Assembly (NCBI GenBank): GCA_964016885.1
Contig: OZ024742.1
Location: 19,902,001-19,966,000, forward strand
Reading direction: 5' to 3'
Source of the DNA: Eledone cirrhosa
Lineage: Eukaryota
Length of the DNA: 64,000 nt
The notes under the pieces were generated by a model that saw only the letters and a list, made by a program, of their open reading frames with translations, ran no database searches and was not told the DNA's origin. How positions within the stretch are numbered: position 1 is the stretch's first letter; every line of letters begins with the position of its first letter. Both the position numbers and the translations under genes were made by a program. Shown here in pieces: positions 1 to 13,789 of the stretch.

Positions 1-130
1 AACGCTGGGCTAAGCATGCTATGACTGCTGCTAGATCACCTCCAATACTCAGCTCCTCGGTTCTTTGTCTGACCAGTGGAAAACTCTGCCACACGGCTTT
101 TGGTTTTCGTTCACATCAGCGTGTTCGTTC

Positions 131-200
131 ACCAACTACGTTTAACACCAACTACGTTTAACACCAACTACGTTTAACACCAACTACGTTTAGCACCAAC
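131..200. repeat. 16-bp minisatellite (accaactacgtttaac) x4
   Basis: Direct tandem copies are visible. Confidence 0.9.
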
Positions 201-1047
201 ATTTATGAGCAAAACAGGTGAATTTCAGGAACCGGTTGTATTCCGTTGATCGAACAAACTGGAACACCCATCGTCAAACCGATGGTGTTCCATTCTTCTG
301 TCCAACAATAACATTTTATTCAATTCTCCTTTAACATTTTCAATCTCTGCTAGACTTTCTACAATAAACCGATCCCGTAAACTTGGCATATTGATTGAGT
401 GTTTATATGTTTGTTATATTATGAAGGTCACATCAGAGAAGTTAATACACGATTGACCTTAATTTCCAGGAAAACAACACTAGAAAACAATGCTATGTCT
501 GCAGGGAAATATAAATGGTACCAAGCTGAATGTCACGTTTCGTCTACTTCAATCACATTCACATTATGTTCACATAAATTACTTCTAGTCTATAGACATT
601 CAATATTTCACATAATTTATATATGGACCCGTAACTCCTGAGAGAATCGTAGGCGTGGCGTGCTGACATCACATACAGCATTTTAGGGCACTTTAAACCT
701 GACAATGCCTGTCCTCGTTACAGGTCGAAACACAGATGATTTCTTCCTGAGAGAGAGAGAGAGGGGGGGGGGGGGGGGTTAGAAACGACTCCATTACTGG
801 ACTGGTACTTTTTTTAATGGATTTCGAAATGATTAAAGACAAAGTTGACCTTGGCGAGATTTGGACTGAGAGAGCGGGCCAATTTTCCGCCTTATTTCAC
901 ATAATAATCAGGAAGAAAGAGAAAAATAATAATGAAAGATATGGGGAAGGGGAAAGAGAGGGTCGTTATTTGATGTATCTCAGTTGCACTTCGTGGAGAA
1001 GTCAGCGAATGCATTGCTGTGGAGAACAGCCAGTAGCACAATTTACA

Positions 1048-1192
1048 TCAGCACACCACCTTAAAGTGTTCCTTCCTCAGATGGGATGTACACCTAATTT
1101 TACGAAGGAAAGCTGCAGTCCAGGGGCCGAGGACACAAAAGGTCATGATGGCGACCAGTACGAAAAGGAAGGTGTAGGGTAAGATGAGATCT
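1048..1192 (-). CDS. Putative terminal coding exon of a host membrane-protein gene (DLILPYTFLFVLVAIMTFCVLGPWTAAFLRKIRCTSHLRKEHFKVVC*)
   Basis: Pyrimidine-rich acceptor ttttgttttagttttcaattcag, 47 open codons with a hydrophobic helix and basic tail, then TGA. Non-repetitive sequence. Protein not recognised. Confidence 0.5.
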
Positions 1193-1249
1193 CTGAATTG
1201 AAAACTAAAACAAAATGCTCGTCGATTAATTACAGTTGATTGTTAGATG

Positions 1250-1595
1250 GACCTCCGTCTGTTTCGACGATGAATGTTCCAGTTATTCGGTCAAAGGAAT
1301 AGCCTGCTCATGAAATTAACGTGTAAATGACTGAACATTCCACAGACACATGTACTCTTAACATAATTCTCAGGGGGATTCAGCATGACACAGTGTATGA
1401 CATGGCTGCCCCTTTGAATTATAGGTACAGTCCTTCTAACGGGCTTCCAAACAGTTTTTAACTACCCGGTTTCACTCAAAAGTTTTGAGTTGACACAAGG
1501 CTATAGTCAGTGACACCTACCCAAGACACCAACAGTGTGATCGAACCCCAGACCTAAAGATTACGAAGCGAACTTCTTAACAATTCGGCCATGTT
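1250..1595. mobile_element. Dispersed SINE-like repeat, family 2 (also about 1880-2310, 24270-24520, 42500-42860)
   Basis: Shared core gcctgctcatgaaattaacgtg...ccacagacac...ttcagcgtgacacag...aattacaggtac in four places. Confidence 0.75.
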
Positions 1596-2011
1596 GTGTC
1601 CTAAGTTAATTTATTCGTTGTAAGTGTCAAGAAACGTTGTAAGTTTCAAGAAACGTTGAAACGCCGGATAGAATGCTTTATGGTATTCGTTTCGGCTCTG
1701 TTCTCCGAGTTCAAATTCCGCCGAAGTCAACTTTGCCTTTCATCCATTCGAGGTCGATAAAAAAAAGTACCAGTCCAGTACTGGGGTTGATTCTTCTATA
1801 TATTTTTCTCATTTCATCTCTCTCACTTTCTATCCTTCTCCGGAAGAAATCTTCTGTGTTCAGACCTCCGTGCTCCAGTTGCTTCAATCAACTGAGCTGC
1901 CTGCTCACGAAATTAATGTGTACGTGGCTGATCATGCACTCTTAACGTAGTTATCGGGGAAATTCAGCGAGACACAATGTGGGACAAGGCTGGCTCCTTG
2001 AATTACAGGTA

Positions 2012-2223
2012 CGAGGGAATGATGAAAAGTTCCTGGCTTCATCACTGCTACAGTGGCCTAGTTGGAGGCCCAACCTTCCGAGTTCTTTTTACAGGGCTGA
2101 GAAAAACTGAAAGATCACTGCAATAAGTATGAATCTGAGAGGGGAATATGTTGAATTAAATCATAATTAACTGATCTTCCAGTATTTTTCCCCCAAACCC
2201 TGGAACTTTTCAGCACCCACTCG
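2012..2223. mobile_element. Tc1/mariner-type MITE inserted in a family 2 SINE
   Basis: TIRs cgaggg..tgaaaagttcc / ggaacttttc..cactcg with TA on both sides. The host SINE resumes (caggTA...TAcaact), matching the uninterrupted copy near 24405. Confidence 0.75.
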
Positions 2224-2964
2224 TACAACTCTTTTTTGCCGGCTGAGTGAAATAATATGTATTGCTCAAAGACGCAAGAGTCCACCCGTGAGCTGAACAC
2301 CCTAACCACGCACCTTCATCTTTCATATAATTAAAGACCCAATTATATTCAATTTGACCTATAAACCCAGCGGATCTTCCATCACATATTTTTTTCACAG
2401 AAGATCCTTCAAATATGACACCGTCACAATAGTTATACCCATTATATCGTTTCGCACCAATTCATGGCCTGATTAAATATTTAAGCGGGATTGACCAGAT
2501 TACAGCTCCCTTTAATCTGCTTAGACCTTTATTTTTCAAGTTGGTTCAATTACCCCCTTTTTTTTCTCTCCCAAACCTTTCTCCATTGATCTTCAGTCTA
2601 TTCTATATATCAGTACAATTGAACTAGTTATTACAAGCTTAAATGAAGCTAATCCTCTCTTCCCTCTCTTTCTCTCTCCCACTACAGTTTTAGGGGTCAT
2701 CTTCCTAAATTGTTTTTTTCTTCTGTTAATAAAGTATTTTTTTTCTCTATTTAAAATTTAAAATTATTTGATGTGAAGGCGTATCATGACCTAGTGGTTA
2801 GAATGTTGGAGTAGTGACCATAAGGTTGTAGATTCGATTCCAGGACCAACAGATGGACGTGTTGTAGCCTTGAGCAAGACACTTCATTTTCAGCTGAACT
2901 CACACATACACGCACACACACATACATACATATATACACTCATACAAGCACACACATATACATT

Positions 2965-3020
<56 letters not shown>

Positions 3021-3021
<1 letters not shown>

Positions 3022-3167
3022 CGAAGGAAATGTGGTAAGGAACCAAGTGGACCATAACGCACCAAAGTACTCAATACTTAGGGTAGTAGAGTGGGTAATA
3101 GGAACAAGTAAGACCCCGACGGCTGAGCTCAAGCCGTTTGAGCTCAGCCGTCGGGGTCTTACTTGTT

Positions 3168-3170
<3 letters not shown>
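3021..3170 (-). mobile_element. Family A fold-back mini-element (PLE-type 3' end with half HHR), copy 1
   Basis: (TA)n on both sides. Arms about 3098-3132 and 3138-3172. Homologous to five other copies. Confidence 0.85.
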
Positions 3171-3255
<85 letters not shown>

Positions 3256-3277
3256 CACATACCTACCATACCAAAAT

Positions 3278-3493
3278 AATGATTTCTAGTATAGGCACAA
3301 GGCCAGCAATTTTGGGGGAGGAGAAAGTCAATTAAATCGACCCCCAGTGCGTGACTGGTACTTTATTTTATCGACCTCGTAAGGATGAAAGGCAAAGTTA
3401 AACTCGGCGGGATTTGAACTCATCATAAAGGGCCGTAACTCTATGCTGCAAAGCATGTTCGACGCTCTACCAATACTGCCAATCCGCTGCCCT
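3278..3493 (-). mobile_element. tRNA-derived SINE, family 1 (other copies about 1655-1795, 8790-8990, 10490-10680, 11590-12055, 15125-15297, 40903-41095, 43045-43350, 43728-43922, 46860-47480, 51835-52040, 59855-60060, 61355-61530)
   Basis: A-box-like tggcagtatcggtagagcg, B-box gagttcaaatccc, conserved body ctttgcctttcatcc...gtcgataaaataaagtaccag and an AAT-type tail. Confidence 0.9.
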
Positions 3494-3959
3494 GATACTA
3501 TACCAAAATGTGAAAGAAGTTCTAGTGAAGTCATTGTCAGTATAAGGAGAAAGAGAGAGAAAGAGAGGGGAGAAATAAGAGGGAGAGAAAGAAAGAAAGG
3601 AAGAGAGATAAGAGGGGAAGGGAAAGAGGAAGAGAGAAAAAGAGAGAAAGAGAGGGAAAGAAGGGAATGAGAGAATAAAAAAGAAATAAGAGGGAGAGAG
3701 AAAGTGTGAAAGAGGAGTTGGGGTGGTATATGTAAGTCTGTGATTTACCATGAAGTAGAAGAACTATGTCAGGTAATGACATCCCTACTAAGGAACAACA
3801 AATACTACAAAACATTCTTAGCTAACTAAACAAAAACCTTAACAGCGATTCTTCAATGAATTCTTTCGAATGACAGAACGACTAGGGGTGGTGGTGTTGG
3901 TGTAGATAGAGGTTATTGCCAAGAATGCGTAACAAGGGATGAGGAGGGTAAACTCTCGA

Positions 3960-4280
3960 AATATCGGTCGCTCTCCGACAGTTTTGCAGTCGAGCCCGTA
4001 GCAGTGGAGACTTCTGGTGTCCTTGGCCCTAGGATCACCTCCCTACTCACCACCATCGGCACAGAGTTAGCTACATGTAGCAGTGGAGACTTCTGGTGTC
4101 CTTGGCCCTAGGATCACCTCCCTACTCACCACCATCGGCACGGAGTTGGCTACCCGCCGGTGTGAGCCTCGCGAGCTGGACTGACTCTTCCAGCGCATCT
4201 CCCTCATCATCCTCCGGGGAAACGCCTTCTCTATTCTGTCCGTCGGGGCCACGGGGAGGCCAGCGCGTGGGCCGCTATTT
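3960..4280 (+). mobile_element. 3' fragment of an RLE-type (CRE-like) non-LTR retrotransposon with a 79-bp internal duplication
   Basis: Translates to PVAVETSGVLGP...LFQRISLIILRGNAFSILS. Homologous to 7080-7335 and 27398-28025. Confidence 0.7.
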
Positions 4281-4994
4281 GCTTATAATAGTGAAGGATG
4301 AGGAAAGCGAGAGAGTCGGTGGCAGTGAGGGAAAGAGAGATAACATCAATACTTATTTACTTATTTATTTAATCTTTAAGACTCGATTATTCTTCTTTAA
4401 AACGAAGCCTAGCGGTGACTCTTAGCAATTTTGGAAGAAAAAAAATTAAAGATAATATAACGACGTTAAAAAAAACTACAACTAATACAAACATTTTTAG
4501 CTAACTAAAAAAACCCCCAAAAAACAACAACCTTAACGCCCTTTCTTCAATGAATTCTTCCGAATGACAGAAAAGTGACTAGGGATGGTGGTGGTGTAGA
4601 TTTTATTGCCAAGAATGCGGTACAAAGGAAAGACCCAATATTTCTACATATGATATTGTTAGATACTCGATCTTACATTGGAACAAACCCAAAAATGTTT
4701 TGAGTAAAAAAATCTTTAATCTGTATCCTTGTGGTTCAGTTGGTAAGAATGTTGGATCTTGTAGCTTAAATGGTATCGTTGCAGGTTCAATCTCTAGCTG
4801 AGTTTGTAGAATTAATTTCAAGGGCGGTGCCTCAGCATGGCCTCCGCTGGATGGCTGGAACAGGTAAAAGAATAAGAGAGTAATCGATTATAAAAGACAC
4901 CAGAAATTGATTGGTATGGTTAGTATATTTTATATATCGACCGACCCCGAATGGAAGGAAGGCAACGAAGATTTTGGCGGGGTTTGGACTGGAC

Positions 4995-5335
4995 AATGTA
5001 CACGTAAAACAGCGTCTTGGAGTGCGAACGCCGGCCGACTACGTCCACGCCAGCACCGTGTCTTTACTTCTCCGAATTGAGAGATCACAGATACAGTATT
5101 ACGGACATGTGGTTAGAATGTTTAAGGGCAGAATCAACCGACAGGAGATCCAACGGAAAAAAATCCCGAGCGAGATGTTTGTATAACATCAATGAGCTCG
5201 GCTGGTATCGCTTGGAGATCCAGCCGGATCATTGGAGACGGCTTGCTTCTTACAGGGCCCGCTGGAAGGTGTGTTTGAGGACTCTGCCCCCCCCCCCCCC
5301 CCCCGACCCTCTCAGGAATAAGTGGGCGATGAAGA
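4995..5335 (+). pseudogene. Degenerate 3' end of an RTE-like LINE followed by (GAA)n
   Basis: LLLRIERSQIQYYGHVVRM motif and frameshifts. Same family as 26730-27175. Confidence 0.7.
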
Positions 5336-5649
5336 AGAAAAAGATGAAGCCAAAGAAGAAGAAGACGGAGAAGAAGACGGAGAGAAGAAGACGGAGAGAA
5401 GAAGAAGAAAAGAAGAAGAAAAGAAGAAGAAGAAGAAGAAGAAGAAGAAGAAGGTAAAACAGATATGTTGCTCGGTTCTCTACTGACGGTGCCAATCCAA
5501 CTAAAAAGAAACCCAGTATATAGAACAATCTGGAAAATATGCTAAATATGTTTATTAATTTTTTTTTTTCTATTTCTCCATTCACTAGAAATCGTGTTGT
5601 GTGAAGATGTAGAATAGATGTGTAGAGGTGAGTAGAGTGGGGTTGAATG

Positions 5650-6020
5650 AGGTGGTGGTGGAGGTGATGGTGGAGGTGGTGGTGGGTTGTAAAGGTGGTG
5701 GTGACGGTAGAGGTGGCGGTGCAGGTGATGGTTGTGGTGGTAATGGTGGTAATGGTGGCGGTAATGGTGGAAGTTATGGTGGAGGTGATGGTGGTGGTGG
5801 TGGTGGGTGTGGTGGTAGTGGGCGGTAAAGGTGGTGGTGGTGGTAGAGGTGGCGGTGGAGATGGTGGTTGTGGTGGCGGTGATGGTGGAAGTTATGGTGG
5901 AGGTGATGGTGGTGGTCGGTGTGGTGGTAGTAGGTGGTAATGATGGCGGTGATGGTGGAATTGGCGGTGGAGGTGATGGTTGTGGGGCTAATGGTGGTGG
6001 CGGTGATGGGGGGGGGGGAA
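5650..6020. repeat. Degenerate (GGT)n low-complexity tract
   Basis: Sequence composition. Confidence 0.9.
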
Positions 6021-6549
6021 TACATACCCTCACTAGACAAACGCACAATCTGGTAAATCTATTACTCCCCTCAACACCCTCCACTTCACCCCCAGCCCTC
6101 GAGGGGTGAGGGGTGAGCTGGCAACAAGCAACCCGTTTTACACCCATCCCAACATTCAGAAATGTTCAGTATTATTGGTAAGGCTTCAAGGTTAAACCAG
6201 GCAGACGCCACAACTATATTTAGGTCAGTCACCCAACTAAAATCACACACTCCTCTTGCCTCTACAATTCCATTCAAAATTTCTTCCTTAGACACACCCA
6301 CCATATTCCGACCTCCACCCCAGAGCCGGAGTCTCGTTTGAGGTGATTAAATACATATGTTTACAACTAATCATTAAGTGACTCTGCTAGAATAATAATA
6401 AAAAAACTTTTCTTAGTCAAAGAAATTACCATATTCATCTATCTATCTATCTATTTTTTTGTATGTCTGTGTATCAGTCCATCTATCCATCTGTCTGTGT
6501 GTCTGTCTATCTATCTATATGTCTACCTACCTACCCGCCTATTTATCTA

Positions 6550-6595
<46 letters not shown>

Positions 6596-6608
6596 CCTCT
6601 TTCTCTCA

Positions 6609-6790
<182 letters not shown>

Positions 6791-7079
6791 CATCTTGATG
6801 ATTTCTTTTGAATGAAACAGTTCTTGTCGCGTAGAAGCCATTTCTATATTAAACATGATGTCTGCACCCTGCTAATATATTGAGTACCTTACTTACTGTA
6901 GTTAACCCCGATTGAACCCAGGACTCGCACACATACTTGGAGAGGGGTGGGCTCCGCCAGGTTTTAAAATATCCTAGAAATGCTGTATGTCAATACGGTG
7001 CCCCTACGACTCATTCAGAAGTCATACTCACAACATCCTTTGTCTATATCCTCTAAAGGACAGATATAGATATAAAAAG

Positions 7080-7335
7080 TACATGATAAAATGACAAGTC
7101 AGTCAATTATATTGCTGGCCTCCCCACAGCTCCGGCGGACAGAATGGAGAAGGCGTTTCCTCGGAGGACGGCAAGGGAGACACGCGGGAAGAGCCATTTC
7201 AACTCGCGAGGCTCACCCCTGCGGCTGGCCAGCTCAGCGCCTATGGTGGTGAGTAAGGAGGTAGCCCTAGGGCTGAGGACACCAGAAGTCTCCACTGCCA
7301 GGGGTACGACCACAAACCTGTCGGAGAGCGATGAG
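7080..7335 (-). mobile_element. 3' fragment of an RLE-type (CRE-like) non-LTR retrotransposon
   Basis: VVPLAVETSGVLSP...WLFPRVSLAVLRGNAFSIL fits the C-terminal motif of RLE-bearing elements. Confidence 0.7.
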
Positions 7336-7564
7336 ACAAAGAGAAGAAAATACACTGAAACTACACATGTTGTAGAGCAGAAAACCGAATATATCCTGGT
7401 TATAGAATGAACTGATGTGATACTAAATAGACCATAAAACTAGATTACACCTATCATTACAAAAATACCAGAAGAAAAAAAACAAAAAGACTTCCTCATC
7501 TACTCGATACCATAAACCAGCGAATCACAGAACGTTATTCGGATGACCAATAGACCACACAAAT

Positions 7565-7775
7565 TTTAGCATTTAAACCGGCCATATCCGGCCACAATTC
7601 TTTCTGTTCAAACCAGTTGTAACCGGCCGCTCACTGATATTAAGGTATTGTTCTCAAAATAAATAATATCAAAATCTCATAGATTTTATATTATGTGAGA
7701 TAATTATGTAAGATAAAGCCTTTTCTGTGAAGATACAATAATAAATATAGAGTAATGTAAATGCTAAAGGATTAA
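7565..7775. mobile_element. piggyBac-like (TTAA) MITE; second copy 25010-25233
   Basis: Two homologous copies of about 220 bp with termini ttaaccc.ttagcattta / taaatgctaaagg.ttaa. Confidence 0.6.
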
Positions 7776-9311
7776 TGTATGCATGAAAGTTGTAAACATC
7801 ATAGTTGAAGCTGTTACATCGGTCACACAAGTACGATACTTTATCATCGATTGATATTGTGTACTGAAAACAAAGCGCCCTCACCACACATTACTATACA
7901 GTCTACTTTCTTCCCACCCTCATTGATGACAATTTCACCAATTATCTTCTATATGAAGCTGTGTCCATGATACTCATCGGGGAAGAAAGTGATGCAGATG
8001 AGCAGGACTGGATTTAATTGGGAGCAATTGCCCAGGCCCCTCTGCAGTGAATTTGTGTGTGTATGGGGGGGGGGGGTAGCGACGGTCATAGCAATTTATT
8101 TGTGCCTTCAGCTGGGCTTTTTAGTTTTGGGATGGCTAGAACTTTTGAATTTAATCCAATTTCTTGCGCCAATTTTGATATGTAAAATTGGGAGATTTGG
8201 TGTGTATTCTAATTATTTGTGTATGACCCCCCACCCCCATCCCCACCCCACCCCTGATATGTGTGTGTGTGTGTGGGGGGGGGGGGGGGCTGAAGTGCCC
8301 CGGGCCCCCAAGGTACCCAGCCCTGTCGGTGGGTCCCGAATGCTCTTCCAACAACTACTAGGAAGCTGGCTACCAAGCAACAGCTTATCTACCTTCATCA
8401 CAAGGATGAAGTCGTTTTGTTAGTTTGTCACTAAGGATTCCTATCTACTCCAGTCTTGAAATCAGAGTCAACCTTTCTCTTTAGACAGACTACCACCAAG
8501 TCTAACGAACTTTGGATGTCTGTTGACTCTCCCGACTTCCTTTCCAAGGTTTTGGTTTTCGTCAAGCGGGGTGTTCAAAAATTACACTTCTCACCAAGAA
8601 AGACTGGTGGGGTTGCCGATTTAGTTGCCGACGACCCGACCATGTTAAAGATTGTACTGGGTTACATGTCAACACTAAGGCTCGATAGGGGCTTGACATG
8701 CAAAGAAATTAGTCAGAAAAGTATTAGTTGATAATATAATATATAGACTCTCACATAAAATGAGGCGTGTGACATATGAAGGAGGCTTTACTAATAATGT
8801 TTCTACTTTTGGCACAAGACCAGCAATTACCCAGTGCATTACTGGTACTTTATTTTATCGACCCCGTCAGGATGAAAGGCAAAGTTAACCTCGGTGCGAT
8901 TTGAACTCAGAATGGCAAGGGCCGTAACTCTATGCGTCAAAACATAGTGTCCGACCCTCTACCGATTTTGCCAATCCACCGCCCCTAGGCTTTACTAATA
9001 TTAAAATATCGACAACGTCACCACCGCATAGTTAATATCAGTTACCACAACACTATCCTTACCCCAGTCATTGCTACCACCACTATCACCATCATCATCA
9101 TCAACATACTGTCACCACCACAACCAGACAGGTACTACGACCACACTGCCACCACCACTACAACCACCATCATTATCACCACTACACTGTCAAGTACTAG
9201 TATATATATATTTATATTGTCATCAATTTCACGCTCAATTTTACTATATTAAAATTTATTTATAACTTCGTCTATTTAACCGATCCTCAATGTCTGTATC
9301 GCTATTTCCTT

Positions 9312-9417
<106 letters not shown>

Positions 9418-9476
9418 AAATATATGTATATATATATATATATGTGTATTATGCAATATATATGTATATATATATA

Positions 9477-10335
9477 TCTAATATATATTTGTGAAATGGG
9501 TGGTGGTTGAAATTCAGATGTGCACGGTTAAATGGTAGTAGACGTGGTCGGACTGACATGAAAATTTACACACCTATGTAAAAAGTGCCAAGAAAGCAAA
9601 TAGACGAGGTTTCAAATCTCTAACTTGAAAAATGTGGTCCCTGGGCCCCAAAACTATTGCGTTCGGTGAGTTATTTCCCCCTGTTCTAATACTTTTGTCT
9701 TATTTACAATTTCATACACATTTTTAAACTCATCAACGTTCTTTCGCTGTTAACATACAGAACCAATAATTTGAAAAATATTATTGAAAGTTTATTATAA
9801 AGAAGCAGTTTCAGGAAAAAAAATAGAAATATGCACTTGGGGCTGGACGGCGTACAATGAGAAGTGGAGCGACGTGAAAAGCGTTGTTTATTACCAGCGA
9901 AATAGCAATGTCGATTGATATGCAAGTTTGAAAATGCAGATCAATAAACTGTTGCCTTCTACAGTACGTTTCATTTTCACAGTACCGTTTTATGAAATTG
10001 ATTCTGCAGTACGGTCACTGTTTTCCACCAAAAGAAATAAAACCCTTAAATTGCGAAGAAGGGACGCGTGTTTTTATTTTAATTCTAATACATGTTAACC
10101 ACCACTAACAGTAAGTAGTATTTTTCAAATTGCATATCATCGACATTGCTATTTCGCTGTTAATAAACAACGCTTTTCACGTCGCTCCACTTCTCATTGT
10201 ACGCCGTCCAGCCCCAAGTGCATATTTCTAATTTTTTTCCTGAAACTGCTTCTTTATAATAAACTTTCAATAATATTTTTCCAATTATTGACTTAATAAA
10301 AAGTGGCCCCGGGTGCAACCGGGCTCAGCTGCTAG
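9477..10335 (+). mobile_element. Non-autonomous Helitron with an internal inverted repeat of about 170 bp
   Basis: 5' A|TC(taatatata), 3' hairpin cccgg-gtgcaa-ccggg then CTAG|T. IR arms about 9764-9936 and 10119-10290. Confidence 0.75.
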
Positions 10336-10767
10336 TATATATATATATATAATACAAATGTAATTTTAGTAAAATCGAAGTTTTGGCTGTGGCCAAGCTA
10401 ACGATATTCAATCAGGAATGCGCAGCAAAGCACTCAATAAGGTGCTACCTTAGAGTAATAACATATATATATACATTATATATATATAATTTTTTTAACT
10501 TTTGGAACAAGGCCAGCTATTATCCCAGCGCATTACTGGTACTTTATTTTATCGACCTCGTAAGGATGAAAGGTAAAGTTAACCTCGACGCGATTTGAAC
10601 TCAGACCGTAAAGGGACGTAACTATGCTGGAAAGCATGGCGTCAGACCCTCTACCGATACTGCCAATTCAACGCCTTTATTTATACCCCCCCCCCCATAT
10701 ATATATATATATGTATATATTGTAGAATCTCATCTATATTAAAACTTATATATATATATATATATAT

Positions 10768-10970
10768 AACAAAGGAATTGTGGTAAGGGACCAGATGGAC
10801 CATAACGCACCAGAGTACTCAATACTTAGGGTAGTGGAGTGGGAAATAGGAAAAAGTATGACCCCGACGGCAGAGCTCAAGCCGTTTCGACGGCTATTTC
10901 TGGACTCAGAGTCCAGAAATAGCCGTCGAAACGGCTTGAGCTCTGCCCTCGGGGTCATACTTTTTCCTAT
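10768..10970 (-). mobile_element. Family A fold-back mini-element, copy 2
   Basis: (TA)n flanks. Arms of about 60 bp centred near 10908. Confidence 0.85.
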
Positions 10971-12054
10971 ATATATATATATATATATATAATAAGTGTT
11001 GGGGTGTATCATTCATTGAACTACGTAAAAAAAAAAAAGTTATGACAGTGGACCCTTCAGCATTCCTTCCTTCCTCCTCCTCTCCCATTCACCCCTTCCT
11101 CTCTTCCTTCAAGTTTTTGGGTGTTTCCTATTTGGTTTCTTCCTTCCTACAACTTTCTCATCGTTAATTTGTAAGTCATATTCTTATCAGAGTCCCTTTT
11201 TACCCACTCTCCCGTCACCCGACCCCCGACCCCTAAACCCTTTATTTGTTCTAGTTTACAGTCCCTTTTTAGAAAAGTCAGTCATTGAATCATCGTCTGC
11301 CACTGTTTAATTCCAACCTTCAACGCCCTTACAGTGTGTCACTCTAAAGTTGCGTTTGTCGACATTTCCCGAAGAGAGGAAGCTATATCGTATGTTTATG
11401 ATATATTTGATCTTTCATATGATCTATCGTTTGTCCTTGTTTCACATTTAATCTATCCTGTTTATCAGTTCCAAAAGTCACAGATCTTGTTGCTATGTAC
11501 GTACATTCTCTCGGAAACTCAGAAATACACAATTCTTGTCATTGTCGTTGTCGGCGGCGACGATGGAGGTTGTTGTAGTGGTGGCTTTGGCGGAGTCGTT
11601 AGAACGTCGAATAGAATGCTTTGCAGTATTGTCTGGCTTTCTGTTCTCTCAGTTCAAATCTCGCTGAAGACGACGAATAAAAAAAAAAAAAAAGGTCCAA
11701 TCTAGTACAGGGGTCGATTCTTCCCCCATGAGATAGTGGGCGAATTAGTAAACTCATTAGAACGTCGGCTAGAATGCTTCGTGGTATTTATTTCGGCTCT
11801 GGGATCTCTTGAGTTCAAATGACGCCGAGGTCAACCTTGTCTTTCATCCATTCGAGGTCGATAAAAAACGTACTGAAGGGTCGATTCTTCCTCTATATTT
11901 CTTACTTCCATTCTCTCACTCTCTGTCCTTCTCTGGAAGAAATCTGCTGGATTCAGACCTGGAAAAGAGATAGGTTCCACCAGGCTTTAAAATGCCCTAG
12001 AAACGATGTATGCTAACACAGTACCCAACGACTCCATCAGGAGTTACGAGACCA

Positions 12055-12972
12055 TACATACATACATACATACATACATACATGCATACATACATACATA
12101 CATGGTGGCTGCCAACTCGTTTTCGAGTACGGCCACTACTTTATATCCATGTAGGAGAACCCCCACCGATGCGCTAAACAAGTGTGACTTTTTAGTCCAG
12201 CTAGCGACTTGAAAACTCTGGTACAAACACTACACTTGTGACAATTATTGACACATAGTGCTGGGCCCATGGTACCATGTGACGACAAGTGTAGAGAGAT
12301 CTCCAGATATAAAGCAATGCCTGTGCCGTGAAGCTTTTATAGTGAGCAAAGGCACTGCACAAAGCCAGTCCCACTCTCTTAACCAAGATGATATTTACCA
12401 AAAAGAAGAACAAGTCAACATCATTGGATACCATCAGGGTTGCAGGTGTTATGTCAGAGTTTTCCTTCTCCTAGAATTCTGCCTTGACAAAGGCTAAGGG
12501 GTCATCTCTCCCGGTGATTTTGGATGGCTATTGACTCTTAAGAGCTCCTTTGCCCTTTGACAGGTTTTGTTTTTAGTCCTGCAGGATGTCCAAAGTCACC
12601 CTCCTTACCAAGAAACCTTGGTGGGGTTGCCAGTTTAGTCGCCAACGACCCGACCATGAGACAGGTTGTACTGGGATACATGTTACCAGTAGCACCAACT
12701 GGTGACCTGACATACATACATACATACATACATACATACATACATACATACATACATACATACATGGTGGTGGCTGCCAATTCGTTTTCGAGTACGGCCA
12801 CTACTTTATATCCATGTAGGAGAACCCCTACCGATGCGCTGAACGAGTGTGACTTTTTAGTCCAATGTGACAATTATTGACAGATAGTGTTGGGCCCATG
12901 GTACCATGTGACGACAACTGGCAACCCCACCAAGGTTTCTTGGTGAGGAGGGTGACTTTGGACATCCTGCCG
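12055..12972 (-). mobile_element. Non-autonomous RTE-derived element (about 12100-12710) plus a second, partly inverted copy (12764-12972), bounded by (ACAT)n
   Basis: Minus strand has ctaggagaaggaaaactctg, which is typical of RTE 5'UTRs. 12100-12290 is repeated at 12764-12920, and 12578-12635 is inverted at 12917-12970. A diverged relative lies at about 8450-8670. Confidence 0.55.
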
Positions 12973-13464
12973 GACATATATACATACGTACATACATACA
13001 TAAATAAATACATGCATGCATGTATTCGGCGCCGGTGGGTATGGCGGACGTTCTTTTTCTTTAATTGTCTCCCTTGTTCAACATTTGGAAAAACAAATCT
13101 CCAGTGTGGTTTGGAACATGAAGAAATAGGCCAAGCATATCTTCAAAACAATAAACTGCGTACATTTTATTTGAAACAGAGAGATATTTACGCCATAATA
13201 CATTCTATAACACTCCTACCGCAATAACTAGTTGAAATTCCCTCACATTTCCTCTTGTATTTTTATATTTATTTATTTATATGTAATGCACGTATAAAGA
13301 AAATATAATTTTTTATTTTATTTTATGAATGTTAAGTATTCTCTCTTTCTTCCTCCCATCTCTGTCTCTCTTCTCTCTAATCACCCATTTCTTCTCCTCT
13401 TCTCTCACAACTTCTCTCTTACCATTCTCTCTCACTATCTTACGACTTATTTCCTCTTCTAATC

Positions 13465-13754
13465 TCTCTAACAACTTCTCTCATCACACCCCTCTCTCTC
13501 TCTAACAACTTCTCTCATCACACCCCCATCTCTCTAACAACTTCTCTCATCACACCCCCACTCTCTCTCTAACAACTTCTCTCATCACACTTTCTCTCTC
13601 TCTAAAATAACTTTAAAGGTTTGCTCCTCTCTCTCTAACAACTTCTCTCATCACACCCCTCTCTCTCTCTCTAACAACTTCTCTCATCACACCCCCTCTC
13701 TCTCAAATAACTTTAAAGGTTTGCTCCTCTCTCTCTAACAACTTCTTTCATCAC

Positions 13755-13789
<35 letters not shown>

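Noticed and set aside
695-745. CTGACAA-hairpin-GAAAC hammerhead-like motif
   Set aside because: Uncompensated G8A, and no stem III or cleavage triplet.
3021-3170. Family A as a TA-targeting MITE or a transcription terminator
   Set aside because: The inverted repeat is not terminal, varies in length per copy and is absent in copy 5.
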